Source: Eledone cirrhosa (taxonomy: Eukaryota). Taken from it: a stretch of DNA of 64,000 bases. The position numbers and the translations under genes were made by a program. This document shows positions 26,800 to 40,217 of this stretch, piece after piece. The stretch spans positions 26,660,001 through 26,724,000 of the forward strand of contig OZ024752.1 of NCBI GenBank assembly GCA_964016885.1, read 5' to 3'. The notes beneath the pieces were generated by a model. That model searched no databases, was not told where the DNA came from, and saw only the letters and a list, made by a program, of their open reading frames with translations. Position 1 is the stretch's first letter. Every line of letters starts with the position of its first letter.

Positions 26800-28402
26800 G
26801 AGGATTCCTTTCTTTGTTTCTGTGCCTTTCCTTTCTTCTGTCCTACGCCATTTTGTTTCTGTGTGTCTGTTGTGTGCTCAGTTTGTGCATGCACCACATC
26901 CGGGTGTCTGTGTATGTTTGTGTTCATTTATCTATTTGTTTATTTATTTATTTACATGTTGTTGGTTGGTTGTTTGTTCTATGTGTGTGTGTGTTTTCAT
27001 TTTGTCCTTAATTGTAAGTTGTGATGTTGCTGTTCCACTCATATTTTCTATTTAATTTTGGTTGTAATTCTTTTATGCTTACTGCCTCTGTAATTTGCCT
27101 AAACATTGCATCTTTTCTGTGTGTGGATTCTATTTTTATTTCTATGTTCCCTAATTTACCCTTGTGTTCTATCTTAGCATGTTGGTAGAGCACAGATGAT
27201 TCTTTATTATCTTGAAGGTCTGGCCAGTGTTCATTTATTCGTTCCCCTATACTACGAGCTGTCTCACCTATGTACACTATATTTTTGTTTCTACATTGTC
27301 CTTCAGTACATCTTATGCTATACACTACATTTCTAGTTTTACAGTTAATATGGGGGCTTATTTTACAGGTTATATATTTCTTATCTATACATGAGGGTCT
27401 TTGGAACGGGTATGTCTTGCTAATAAGTGTTTTTACGGAGGTACCTGGTCTTTCTACTATCTTAATATTGAGTTTATGTTTATTTAGGGCCCTTCTAAAT
27501 TTGTAGGCTAGTTCGCCTCTAGGGGTTGTATTGATGAACATTACACTCTGGTATTTATTGCTATCATACCATGAGTTTATTCTATTGGCCTTGTTCCTAG
27601 TTCTTTCTATTCTATTCCAAAATTTGCTCCTATACAAGGAGCAGGTCCCATTTATGTCATTATTTACCATTTTTTCCCATTTGGTTCTGGCTCCTCTATG
27701 CACTCTGATTCTATTTTTCTGATTGTAGCCAGAGAACTGCATACGGTGGATGAAGTGTTGTATGTGTCTCTCTAGTTCTTCGGGGTTGCCCATGCGTTCC
27801 AAAGACCCTCGTGTATAGACAAGAAATGTATAACCTGTAAAATAAGCCCCCATATTAACTGTAAAACTAGAAATGTAGTGTATAGCATAAGATGTACTGA
27901 AGGACAATGTAGAAACAAAAATATAGTGTACATAGGTGAGACAGCTCGTAGTATAGGGGAACGAATAAATGAACACTGGCCAGACCTTCAAGATAATAAA
28001 GAATCATCTGTGCTCTACCAACATGCTAAGATAGAACACAAGGTTAAATTAGAGAACATAGAAATAAAAATAGATCCACACACAGAAAAGATGCAATGTT
28101 TAGGCAAATTACAGAGGCAGTAAGCATAAAAGAATTACAACCAAAATTAAATAGAAAATATGAGTGGAACAGCAACATCACAACTTACAATTAAGGACAA
28201 AATGAAAACACACACACACATTGAACAAACAACCAACCAACAACATGTAAATAAATAAATAAACAAATAGATAAATGAACACAAACACACACAGACACCC
28301 AGATGTGACGCATACGCAAACTGAGCACACAACAGACACACAGAAACAAAATGGCGTAGGACAGAAGAAAGGAAAGGCACAGAAACAAAGAGAGGAATCC
28401 CC

Positions 28403-28447
28403 AGTCACTGAAGAGGTCACAGAGTGTGTGACGAAAGGACTATGACT
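28403..28447 (+). ncRNA. Minimal hammerhead in Penelope 3' region (right arm)
   Basis: agtca CTGAAGA g gtcaca-gagtg-tgtgac GAAA g-ga-c TA tgact. Confidence 0.75.
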
Positions 28448-28688
28448 ATATATAAACAACTATCTGGTTGTGGAACCAACCAACCAACCAGAAATTTATA
28501 AGTTTGTAATTTATAAGTTTGTTGTAAATTTATAAATTTATAAATATATAATAAATTGAAGTGAAAGCAACTGGTGCGTGTGTTTCTTATTGGCAACATG
28601 ATCCTCCGAAAGTATAACAATATCGGTTTCAACACACGATTTCAGATAAAGAATCTTGCTAAACAAATTCAGAAACGAAATATATATA

Positions 28689-28735
<47 letters not shown>

Positions 28736-28772
28736 AAATATATATAAATATATATATATAGGTATAAATATA

Positions 28773-28862
<90 letters not shown>

Positions 28863-29038
28863 GGTATAAATATATATAAATATATATATAGGTATAAATA
28901 TATGTATATATATATATATAGTAATAATAATAAAATTGAAGACTAAAATCCAAAGAGGGCTGGATAAGGAAAATATATATCAAATATATAGGAACCGTAG
29001 AGCAAATAGTTATATAGTTATATATATATATTTATACC

Positions 29039-29070
<32 letters not shown>

Positions 29071-29149
29071 TAAAAGGTTAGTTTCAGAAGATCCCGTTAA
29101 GGGTGAAAGCAGCGATTCTTTGCTTAAACTTTAATCTGTTATTTTAATA

Positions 29150-29186
<37 letters not shown>

Positions 29187-29365
29187 ATATATATATAGGT
29201 ATAAATATATATAAATATATATATAGGTATAAATATATATATATATAAATATAGGTATAAATATATATAAATATATATGTATATATATATATAAATATAT
29301 ATGTATATATATATATAAATATATATGTATATATATAAATATATATGTATATATATATATAAATA

Positions 29366-29397
<32 letters not shown>

Positions 29398-29427
29398 GGT
29401 ATAAATATATATAAATATATATATAGG

Positions 29428-29486
<59 letters not shown>

Positions 29487-29577
29487 GTTAAAAGTGTACA
29501 TCCACATATGTATACTGAAATACTAGTATGCATATATGTGCTTTTACGAATCTCTAGAGAAGCCGGAAGATGGGTAT

Positions 29578-29620
29578 ATATTGCTGATGAGATGTAATAA
29601 CATCGAAACTAGTCCAATAT
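29578..29620 (+). ncRNA. Canonical minimal type I hammerhead ribozyme (GUC site, predicted cut after 29614)
   Basis: atattg CTGATGA gatgt-aata-acatc GAAA c-ta-g TC caatat; perfect stems I and II, palindromic stem III actagt. Inside a 56-bp inverted repeat (29481-29536 / 29786-29841). Confidence 0.85.
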
Positions 29621-29996
29621 TCCTGTCTGGCTCTCCGGAGAATAGAGGAAAGGTGTTTCCTTGAAAACCCGTATGACTCTAAAACCCGGTTAGTCTGTTT
29701 CGTTACATACAGACTAGCTGGACACTCACAGTAAAGTGTCCAGTGAAAAACTCGGTACATGTACATATGTATACGTGTGTGTATTTATATGCATACTAGT
29801 ATTTCAGTATACATATGTGGATGTACACTTTTAACTTAATTTTTTAAGCGTCAGTCATACAAAAGTGAGTTACAAACGAAACGAAATTTAATTTCGTTTC
29901 GTTATTTGTTTTTATATATATATATATATATAGGTATAAATATATAGAAATATATATGTATATATATATATAAATATATATGTATATATATATATG

Positions 29997-30041
<45 letters not shown>

Positions 30042-30162
30042 GTATATATATGTATATATATATATGTATATATATATGTGTATATATATATGTGTATATA
30101 TATGTGTATATATATATATGTATATATATATATATGTATATATATATGTATATAAATATATG

Positions 30163-30313
<151 letters not shown>

Positions 30314-30527
30314 GTATATATATATATGTATATATGTATATATGTATATATATGTGTATATATATATACATATATATATACATATATATATGTATATATA
30401 TATATACATATATATATATACATATATATATGTATATATATATATACATATATATATATACATATATATATGTATATATATATATACATATATATATATA
30501 CATATATATATGTATATATATATATAC

Positions 30528-30560
<33 letters not shown>

Positions 30561-30583
30561 CATATATATATACATATATATTC

Positions 30584-30653
<70 letters not shown>

Positions 30654-30806
30654 ACGTATAAATATATATATATATATAGGTATAAATTTGTATATAAATA
30701 TATATATATAGGTATAAATATATATAAATATCTATGTATATATATATATAAATATATATGTATATATATATATAAATATTTATGTATATATATATATCTA
30801 TATATC

Positions 30807-30837
<31 letters not shown>

Positions 30838-30871
30838 TATAAATATTTATGTATATATCTATATCTATATA

Positions 30872-30923
<52 letters not shown>

Positions 30924-30948
30924 TATAAATATATATAAATATATATAT

Positions 30949-30987
<39 letters not shown>

Positions 30988-31143
30988 TATAAATATATAG
31001 AAATATATATGTATATATATATATAAATATATATGTATATATATATGTATATATATATATGTATATATATATGTGTACATATATATATATGTATATATAT
31101 GTATATATATATATGTATATATATATGTGTATATATATATATG

Positions 31144-31192
<49 letters not shown>

Positions 31193-31237
31193 GTATATAT
31201 ATATATGTATATATATATATATGTATATATATATATG

Positions 31238-31268
<31 letters not shown>

Positions 31269-31281
31269 GTATATATATATG

Positions 31282-31314
<33 letters not shown>

Positions 31315-31388
31315 GTATATATATATGTATATATGTGTATATATATATACAGATATATATACATATATATATGTATATATATATATAC

Positions 31389-31419
<31 letters not shown>

Positions 31420-31461
31420 CATATATATATACATATATATTCATATATATTTATATATAAG

Positions 31462-31502
<41 letters not shown>

Positions 31503-31659
31503 AGGTATAAATATATATATATAGGTATAAATTTGTATATAAATATATATATATAGGTATAAATATATATAATTATATATATATAGGTATAATTATCTAT
31601 AAATATATATATATATAGGTATAAATATATATATATATATATATATAAATATATATATA

Positions 31660-32003
31660 CATTGTACGCCCTTTGTGTTCGTGCAGCCTCTGCGCACCCT
31701 CTGCACCATACTATCGACGCCACCCCATCTATGGTTCAGCTAACCACCCGACTCCCGGGAATGAATATGACCGCAGCTAGTAAACAAAGACCCACACCCC
31801 ACCCTCCCGCACCAAAATTAGACTTATCGTCCCTTACTTTTGCTCTTTACTCGCTTTACTCTTTGTTCTTGAATGTTTGGTTGGTAGAGTCCATAACACC
31901 AATCAAACCCCTTTTATAGCTCTGACGAATCCTACGTAAGGAAGAAACATTGTAAGCCAATAACAATTTTTTGATGTTGCAGACGCTCTTGTGTTCTTTT
32001 TCA
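31660..32003 (+). mobile_element. Solo copy of the 6.9-8.15 kb arm with hammerhead at 31914-31963
   Basis: Homologous to 7820-8152; gct CTGACGA a tcct-acgta-agga a GAAA c-att-g TA agc. Confidence 0.75.
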
Positions 32004-32186
32004 TATAAATATATAGGTATAAATATATATATATATATAGGTATAGATATATATAAATATATATATATATAGGTATAAACATATATATATAGGTATAAAC
32101 ATATATATAATATATATATATGTATATATATAAATATATATATATATAGGTATAAACATATATATATAGGTATAAACATATATATA

Positions 32187-32217
<31 letters not shown>

Positions 32218-32221
32218 TAGG

Positions 32222-32366
<145 letters not shown>

Positions 32367-32370
32367 TATA

Positions 32371-32411
<41 letters not shown>

Positions 32412-32419
32412 TAGGTATA

Positions 32420-32458
<39 letters not shown>

Positions 32459-32460
32459 GG

Positions 32461-32518
<58 letters not shown>

Positions 32519-32650
32519 ATATATATAGGTATAAATATATATAAATATATATATATATATATAGGTATAAAATTATATATATATATATATATATATAGGT
32601 ATAAATATATATATAGGTATAAATATATATATATATATATATAAGTATAA

Positions 32651-32681
<31 letters not shown>

Positions 32682-32777
32682 AATATATATGTATAAATAT
32701 ATATGTATATATATATATATATATATGTATATATCTATATATGTATATATATATGGATATATATATATGGATATATA

Positions 32778-32977
32778 NNNNNNNNNNNNNNNNNNNNNNN
32801 NNNNNNNNNNNNNNNNNNNNNNNNNNNNNNNNNNNNNNNNNNNNNNNNNNNNNNNNNNNNNNNNNNNNNNNNNNNNNNNNNNNNNNNNNNNNNNNNNNNN
32901 NNNNNNNNNNNNNNNNNNNNNNNNNNNNNNNNNNNNNNNNNNNNNNNNNNNNNNNNNNNNNNNNNNNNNNNNNNNNN
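32778..32977. other. Assembly gap (200 N)
   Basis: Run of N. Confidence 1.
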
Positions 32978-33425
32978 AAAAAAAAAAATTACTTATTGAC
33001 ACTTATACGTACGACATACACACACACGCACACATATGCGTGCACACAGCAACACTCACACACACAACAAACACACACACACGCTATTCTACTCACTTAC
33101 ACGCACACACACACATATATATATATATATTACCGTCATTACTGATACAAGATTACCAGATTATGTCAACTGTTGACTTTCAAGAGTTTGTATAGTTGAA
33201 GCCGATCGTATTACAGTCCAGTATTACTATAATTGCTTTACAGCATAGAGTTATGGCTCTCCACGGAGTCAACAAAAGAGAGAACCAGTGATGCGCTGGC
33301 CAGTCGCTGGATCCGTGCCAAAAGCAGAAAAATTATTATTAAAGTTGTTTTTAAGGTCGCTGGTGATGGTGATGGCGACGGCGGTGGCGGTGGTGGTGGT
33401 GGTGGCAGTTGATGTTGTTGTTCTG

Positions 33426-33502
<77 letters not shown>

Positions 33503-34223
33503 GTTATTTTGAGGGGTTTTTTTTCCTTTCTTTTTTTCTCCTTTTTTTTTTTTTTTTTTCCCCCTTCCCTTTTCTTTTTTCTTTTCCCTTCCTTTTTTTA
33601 TGTTTTGATGCCGCTGTTGTTGTTGTTGTTGTAATTGTTGTAAATGTTCATTTCAGTTCATTCTGAAGCTGTTGTTGCTGTAAACATTAGTGCCGGTGTT
33701 GTTGTTGTTGTAGATGTTGGGGTTGAAATCTGGTTGTTTGACTGAGTGATGTATATACACACATATACATACACACACATATATATATATACATTCATCA
33801 GAGAGTAGAGAGTTTGACAACAGGTCGATGACTTTAGTCTCGATAGGGTATGGTATGGTAATGACATGTGATGGTGGGGAGAGAGTGTAGACGTTATTGT
33901 GGTGGTGTGGACAGTGAGATGTATCTAGTTCATTTGACCGTTTTCTTCTCTTAGCAAAATTTGAATTCTAGCCATGTTATATTGAGATGTAAGTAAATGT
34001 AAAATATAAATAAGGATTGCTCTGCTAAAATATACTAAAATATTTGTGTAACTTCCACAAACTTCTGTCGTGACATTCCCGAGTCCAGTAACCAACAAAT
34101 TGTTGTATTTTGATGTTTCAGAATACAAAAATTAATTAAAAACTTACCCCACGAAGAGACAGCGTGTGTTGTCCTATCTATAAGCTCCCTCACATTCATA
34201 TATATACATATATATATATATAC

Positions 34224-34270
<47 letters not shown>

Positions 34271-34390
34271 TCTCTCTATATATATACATATATGTAGGAG
34301 GGTGAGTTTTATTGTAGTACAATAAAGCAATGCAGATATCGGATAAGAAGCACTCTACAGTTTGTAGGACTGGAGTATACATAATATATA
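32978..34390 (+). repeat. Local segmental duplication, copy 1 (copy 2 is 44104-45300 plus 47700-47797)
   Basis: Colinear unique sequence (cttattgacacttat...ttaccgtcattactgatacaagatt...aaacttaccccacgaa...gtaggag.gtgagttttattgtagtac) with many substitutions and indels. Confidence 0.9.
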
Positions 34391-34420
34391 TACATATATA
34401 TATATACATGTATATGTATA

Positions 34421-34454
<34 letters not shown>

Positions 34455-34704
34455 CATATAGATATATATATACATATATATATATACATATATATATATA
34501 CATATATATATACATATATATATATATACATATATATATATACATATATATATATATACATATATATATATATGCAAAAGTTCTATTTAAATTGTTGGGA
34601 TACAACAAGTAAATATTTTTATAACTGATATAAAGCACTCGACAAGTATTTGGAGTAGATATACGATATTAACAAATGGAAACTATATTTATAAAACCAT
34701 ATTT

Positions 34705-34767
34705 ATTTCATTATACATATTTCAAGGATACCAAGTTAAATTATGGTATGCCTTCATCAGACAAAAT
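34705..34767 (-). ncRNA. Minimal type I hammerhead ribozyme motif
   Basis: attttgt CTGATGA aggcatacca-taatttaact-tggtatcctt GAAA tatgta TA atgaaat. Confidence 0.6.
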
Positions 34768-35006
34768 ACAATATATACCAGTTTTATAAATAAACATTGA
34801 CGTACACTTTCAAAATGCGAGCGTTACTTTTGGAAGATATCAGGATATAAATATATATATATATATATATAATATATATTTGTTTAGCAAGATTCTTTAT
34901 CTGAAAACGTGTGTTGAAACCGATATTGTTATACTTTGGGAGGGTCATGTTGCCAATAAGAAACACACGCACCAGTTGACATATATATAAATATATAAAT
35001 AAATAC

Positions 35007-35071
<65 letters not shown>

Positions 35072-35072
35072 C

Positions 35073-35105
<33 letters not shown>

Positions 35106-35107
35106 CA

Positions 35108-36572
35108 TGTTACTCTTTTACTCCTTTACCTGTTTCAGCCATCCGGCTGAGGCCATGCTGGGGCACCGCCCTTGCTGCTACACATTTTATCTCCAGCCTG
35201 TATAGGTTGGCCCCTGGTGTAAGATGGAGTTTGTTGCTGCTGCCCGTAGGTTTCCCTCGTGTCTTGCTGTGGGCTCATCCGGGATCCTGGATAACAAGGT
35301 GTCGAGATGTTTCTTAAAGACATCCACCTCCACGTCATGCAAGTCTCTCAGATCCCTCGGCAGCCTGTTGAAGAGTTGAGGGCCCTTGAATCCCAGGCTA
35401 TTGCAATACCTGCTCCTTATTCTAGATGTGGAAGACGGGACCTTTGGCACCACACAGTGACGTCCTGTTCGACGGTGGTCCAGCTCCCAATGCCAAAGTT
35501 TGGTGCTAGTCCCTCCAGGATTTTCCACATGTAGATCACTGCGTATCTCTCCCGTCTTCGCTCCAAGGAGTAGAGGTTCAGTTCCTTTAGCCTCTCCCAG
35601 TAGCTTGTCTCCCTCATCTTGGCAATCCTCTTGGTGTAGCTTCGCTGGATTGCCTCAAGCTCCGTGGTTAGTTTGACACTATGGAGTGACCACAACTGGG
35701 AGCAGTAGTCCAGGCGGCTTAGGACAAATGTCCTCCATAGTGTCAACATGGTGTCTCGATCTCTTGTCCGGAAAGTCCTCAAGATCCAGCCAGCGAGTCG
35801 TCTGCACATTGTCGCCGCTTTCATGATGTGTGAAGAAAAAGATGCATCATCGCTCATGTCTATGCCCATGTCTCGTATCGATTTTGACACGGGGATATCA
35901 GTCTCTCTTGGTCCTGTGTAGTTGTGTTCCACTATAGTTGTGTTTGCAGGTTTGTTTGGAGGTTTGTATTGTAGGGCTTGGAATTTGCCAGCATTAAAGT
36001 GCATGTTGTTTTCTTCCGCCCATTTGTATATGGCATCCAGATCCTGCTGTAAAAGGGCAGCGTCAGCCGGGATTTTGATTGCCTTTGCTACCTTAGTGTC
36101 ATCAGCATAGCTAGTGAGGGATGTTGTTGTATGTACTACAGAGGACATGTCTGAGAGAGCCACCAAAAACAGTCCCAGGACTGTCCCCTGTGGCACCCCA
36201 CTTGTTATTGGAGTTTCCTTTGAGCGGGCCCCATTTGCTGCTACTGACTGGCTTCTGTCCCTTAGGAAGCCATGCAGCCACTCACCTACTTTTCCAGTTA
36301 TGGCGAGTCCGTGTAGTTTGTGACATATCATTCCGTGGTCGACCTTCGCAAAGTAAAGATATATCACGTCCACATGTGAGCTGTCTAGTAGTTGTCTCAG
36401 TCGTAGTGATGTAGCAGATGGCGGAAGCCATGTTGCGTGCTAGTCAGGCGGTCATTTTCCTCGAGGAAACTGATAAGTTTCTTTCTGACAACTCGCTCCA
36501 TGACCTTACTGATATGCGACGTCAGGGAGACTGGCCTATAGTTTTTAGCCTCCGCTCTGCTACCTCCTTTAT
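35108..36572 (-). mobile_element. 5'-truncated degenerate CR1-clade LINE, second family
   Basis: [53 protein letters not shown]; GAGTAAAA-type tandem tail; several small deletions. Confidence 0.9.
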
Positions 36573-37109
36573 ACACATATATATATACACATATATACAT
36601 ATATATATATACACATATATATATATATATATATACACATATATATATATATACACATATATACATATATATACATATATACATATATATATATATATAC
36701 ACATATATACATATATATATATATATACACACATATATATATATATACACATATATACATATATATATATACACATATATACATATATATATACACATAT
36801 ATACATATATACACATATATACACATATATATACACATATATACATATATATACACATATATATATATATACATATATACATATACACATATATACATAT
36901 ATATATTTGCACATATATTCATATATATATATAGATACACATATATACATATATATATATATACACATATATACATATATATATATATATTCACATATAT
37001 ACATATATACACATATATATACACATATATACATATACATATATACATATATATATATATACACACATATATATATACACATATATACATATATATATAT
37101 ACACATATA

Positions 37110-37329
37110 AAGGAACGATCGACTTTCGTCAAATCGGTCCGAGGGAACAATGTTTCCGTTGGTCTTTCCAATTGCTAATACTATCTATCGGTCGCAACTC
37201 CAGGTAGAAGGAGCAACGTGAAATAAAGTTCTTGCACAAGGACATAACGCATCGCCTGGTCCAGGAATCGAACTCACAACCTTACGATTGCGAATCCAAT
37301 TCTCTAACCACTCAGCCACACGCCTTCAC
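37110..37329 (-). mobile_element. tRNA-derived SINE, family B (also 37952-38170 and 54543-54760)
   Basis: Minus strand: gtggctgagtggttagag (A box)...gagttcgattcctggacc (B box), then tgtccttgtgcaagaactttatttcac. The first two copies are part of an ~840-bp tandem duplication. Confidence 0.85.
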
Positions 37330-37458
37330 TATATACACATATATACATATATATATATATACACATATATACATATATATATATATACACATATATACAT
37401 ATATATATATATACACATATATATATATATACACATATATACATATATATACATATAT

Positions 37459-37505
<47 letters not shown>

Positions 37506-38250
37506 CACACATATATACACAGATATATATACACATATATACATATATATATATACACATATATATATATACACATATATACATATATATATACACATAT
37601 ATACATATATACACATATATACACATATATACACATATATAGACATATATATACATATATACATATACACATATATACATATATATATATGCACATATAT
37701 TCATATATATATATGCACATATATTCATATATATATATATATATATACACATATATACATATATATATATATACACATATATACATATATATATATATAT
37801 TCACATATATACATATATATATATACACATATATATACACATATATACATATACATATATACATATATATATATATATACACACATATATATATATACAC
37901 ATATATATATATATACACATATATACGTATATATATATATATACACATATAAAGGAACGATCGACTTTCGTCAAATCGGTCCGAGGGAACAATGTTTCCG
38001 TTGGTCTTTCCAATTGCTAATACTATCTATCGGTCGCAACTCCAGGTAGAAGGAGCAACGTGAAATAAAGTTCTTGCACAAGGACATAACGCATCGCCTG
38101 GTCCAGGAATCGAACTGACAACCTTACGATTGCGAATCCAATTCTCTAACCACTCAGCCACACGCCTTCACTATATACACATATATACATATATATATAT
38201 ACACATATATACATATATATATACATATATGAAAATATATATATATACAC

Positions 38251-38282
<32 letters not shown>

Positions 38283-38618
38283 GAAAATTCGAAATTAGAA
38301 ATTATAAGCTTTCACCGTATTTTAGACTAAAGAAATTTCTAGCCTGATAGTGGGGTTTATAATCCCCGGAGAAATGGAAAAACATGAGTGTTGCCGTATA
38401 TATACACATATATACATATATATATATATACACATATACATATACACATATATATACATATATATATATATATACACATATACATATACACATATACATA
38501 TACACATATATACATATATATATACACATATATACGTATATATATACACATATACATATATACACATATACATATATATATACACATATACATATATACA
38601 CATATACATATATATATA

Positions 38619-39303
38619 TGTTGTAATGTAAACACATTTCGTGTTTATCATATACTTTAAATGTATTTAACTGCTCGGAAGAGCCCCTTCCTGGAGCTTA
38701 ATTATTGTAAACGACTGAGAGTTTATTCTCAAAATATAATATAATGTATAGCTCCTTTATTGTAAGAGCTGATCCTTAATCCTGCATAAGCGGCTGTTAT
38801 TTCTAGCACCGTGAATGTGGGATAGCTTGTTTTGGTCTGCCTACCCACGTGTAGTCAGTCCTGCAAAATTTTTGATGTGTGATAGACTAATCTTACTGGA
38901 TTCCTGTTGATATGCACAGATTATTTGGATATTTCACTCTTTTATTTCTATTCCATTTCGATTCTCTTTATTTTTCAATTCACATTCCACCATTGCGAAA
39001 CTTATTTGGGTTTCGAGGTTCAAATTCGTCTACAGAACAGGTTTGAATTTTGAAATTTAAATATGTCCAGGAATCATGGCAGTTGCCAATATAACCTTGT
39101 CTTTATTGACTTGTATCGAGACAGACAAATTGTATTCACTTTTATTAGTTTATTTCATTAATGGCTAACTTTGTCTGTTGCAATGTAAACACATTTCGTG
39201 TTTATCATATACTTTAAATGTATTTAACTGCTCGGAAGAGCCCCTTCCTGGAGCTTAATTATTGTAAACGACTGAGAGTTTATTCTCAAAATATAATATA
39301 ATA
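38619..39303. repeat. ~127-bp direct repeats (38619-38745, 39176-39303) bracketing a 430-bp spacer, inserted in TA/CA microsatellite
   Basis: aatgtaaacacatttcgtgtttatc...gctcggaagagccccttcctggagc...ttctcaaaatataatataat occurs twice. Confidence 0.85.
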
Positions 39304-39884
39304 TATATACACATATACATATATATACATATACATATATATATATACATATATACACATATATATATATACACATATATATATATATATACACATATAT
39401 ATATATATACACATATATATATATACACATATATATATATATATACACATATATATACACATATATATACATATATATATATATACACATATACACATAT
39501 ATACATATATACACATATATATATACACATATATACATATATATATACATACTACATATATATATATACACATATATACATATATATATATATACATACA
39601 CACATATATATATATACACATATATACATATATATACACATAATATATATACACATATATTTATATACACATATATATACACATATATACACATATATAC
39701 AAACACATATACACATATATACATATATATACACATAATATATATACACATATATTTATATACACATATATATACACATATACACATATATACAAACACA
39801 TATATATACACATATTTATATATTCACATATATACATATATATATATATATACATATATACATATATATATATATACACATGTA

Positions 39885-40183
39885 TATGATGATGGCTGCC
39901 CCCTCGTTATCGAGTATGGCCATTGCACGAGAAAGAAAAAAAAAAAAATAAAAATAAATAGAAAGAATATAAAATAATTAAAAAAAAAAAAAAATAAATA
40001 TATATATATATACATATACATGCACATATACACACACAGACACACACACACTCGCACACATATACACACATACATTAATAACAATAGTAATAATAATAAT
40101 AATAACAACAATAATAATAACGACAACAACAATGATAATATACATATACATATATATATACACACACACGCACACATCTAAGC

Positions 40184-40217
<34 letters not shown>

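Larger units (their letters stand above)
26590..28680. mobile_element. Penelope-like element 3' part (GIY-YIG endonuclease) with inverted duplication, tails pointing outward
   Basis: Minus-strand ORF: RMQFSGY...NCKTRNVVYSIRC..C....VYIGETARSIGERINEH...ITEAVSIKELQPKLN. 27796-28623 is the reverse complement of 26590-27407. Confidence 0.9.

Noticed and set aside
27800-27991. N-terminal part of the 327-aa ORF 27008..27991
   Set aside because: It is the antisense read-through of the inverted arm; only the part downstream of about 27795 is genuine Penelope coding sequence.
29075-29125. cagaaga-tccc-gttaa-gggt-gaaa hammerhead-like string
   Set aside because: Altered core with no valid NUH or stem I; at most a decayed copy.
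34143-34185. Possible exon (atag...gtaagt, minus strand) present in both duplicate copies
   Set aside because: No VIT-domain or other protein similarity recognised; the 5' ITIH exons remain unlocated.
37250-37329. tRNA-like sequence on the minus strand
   Set aside because: It continues into a SINE body and recurs three times, so it is a SINE head rather than a tRNA gene.
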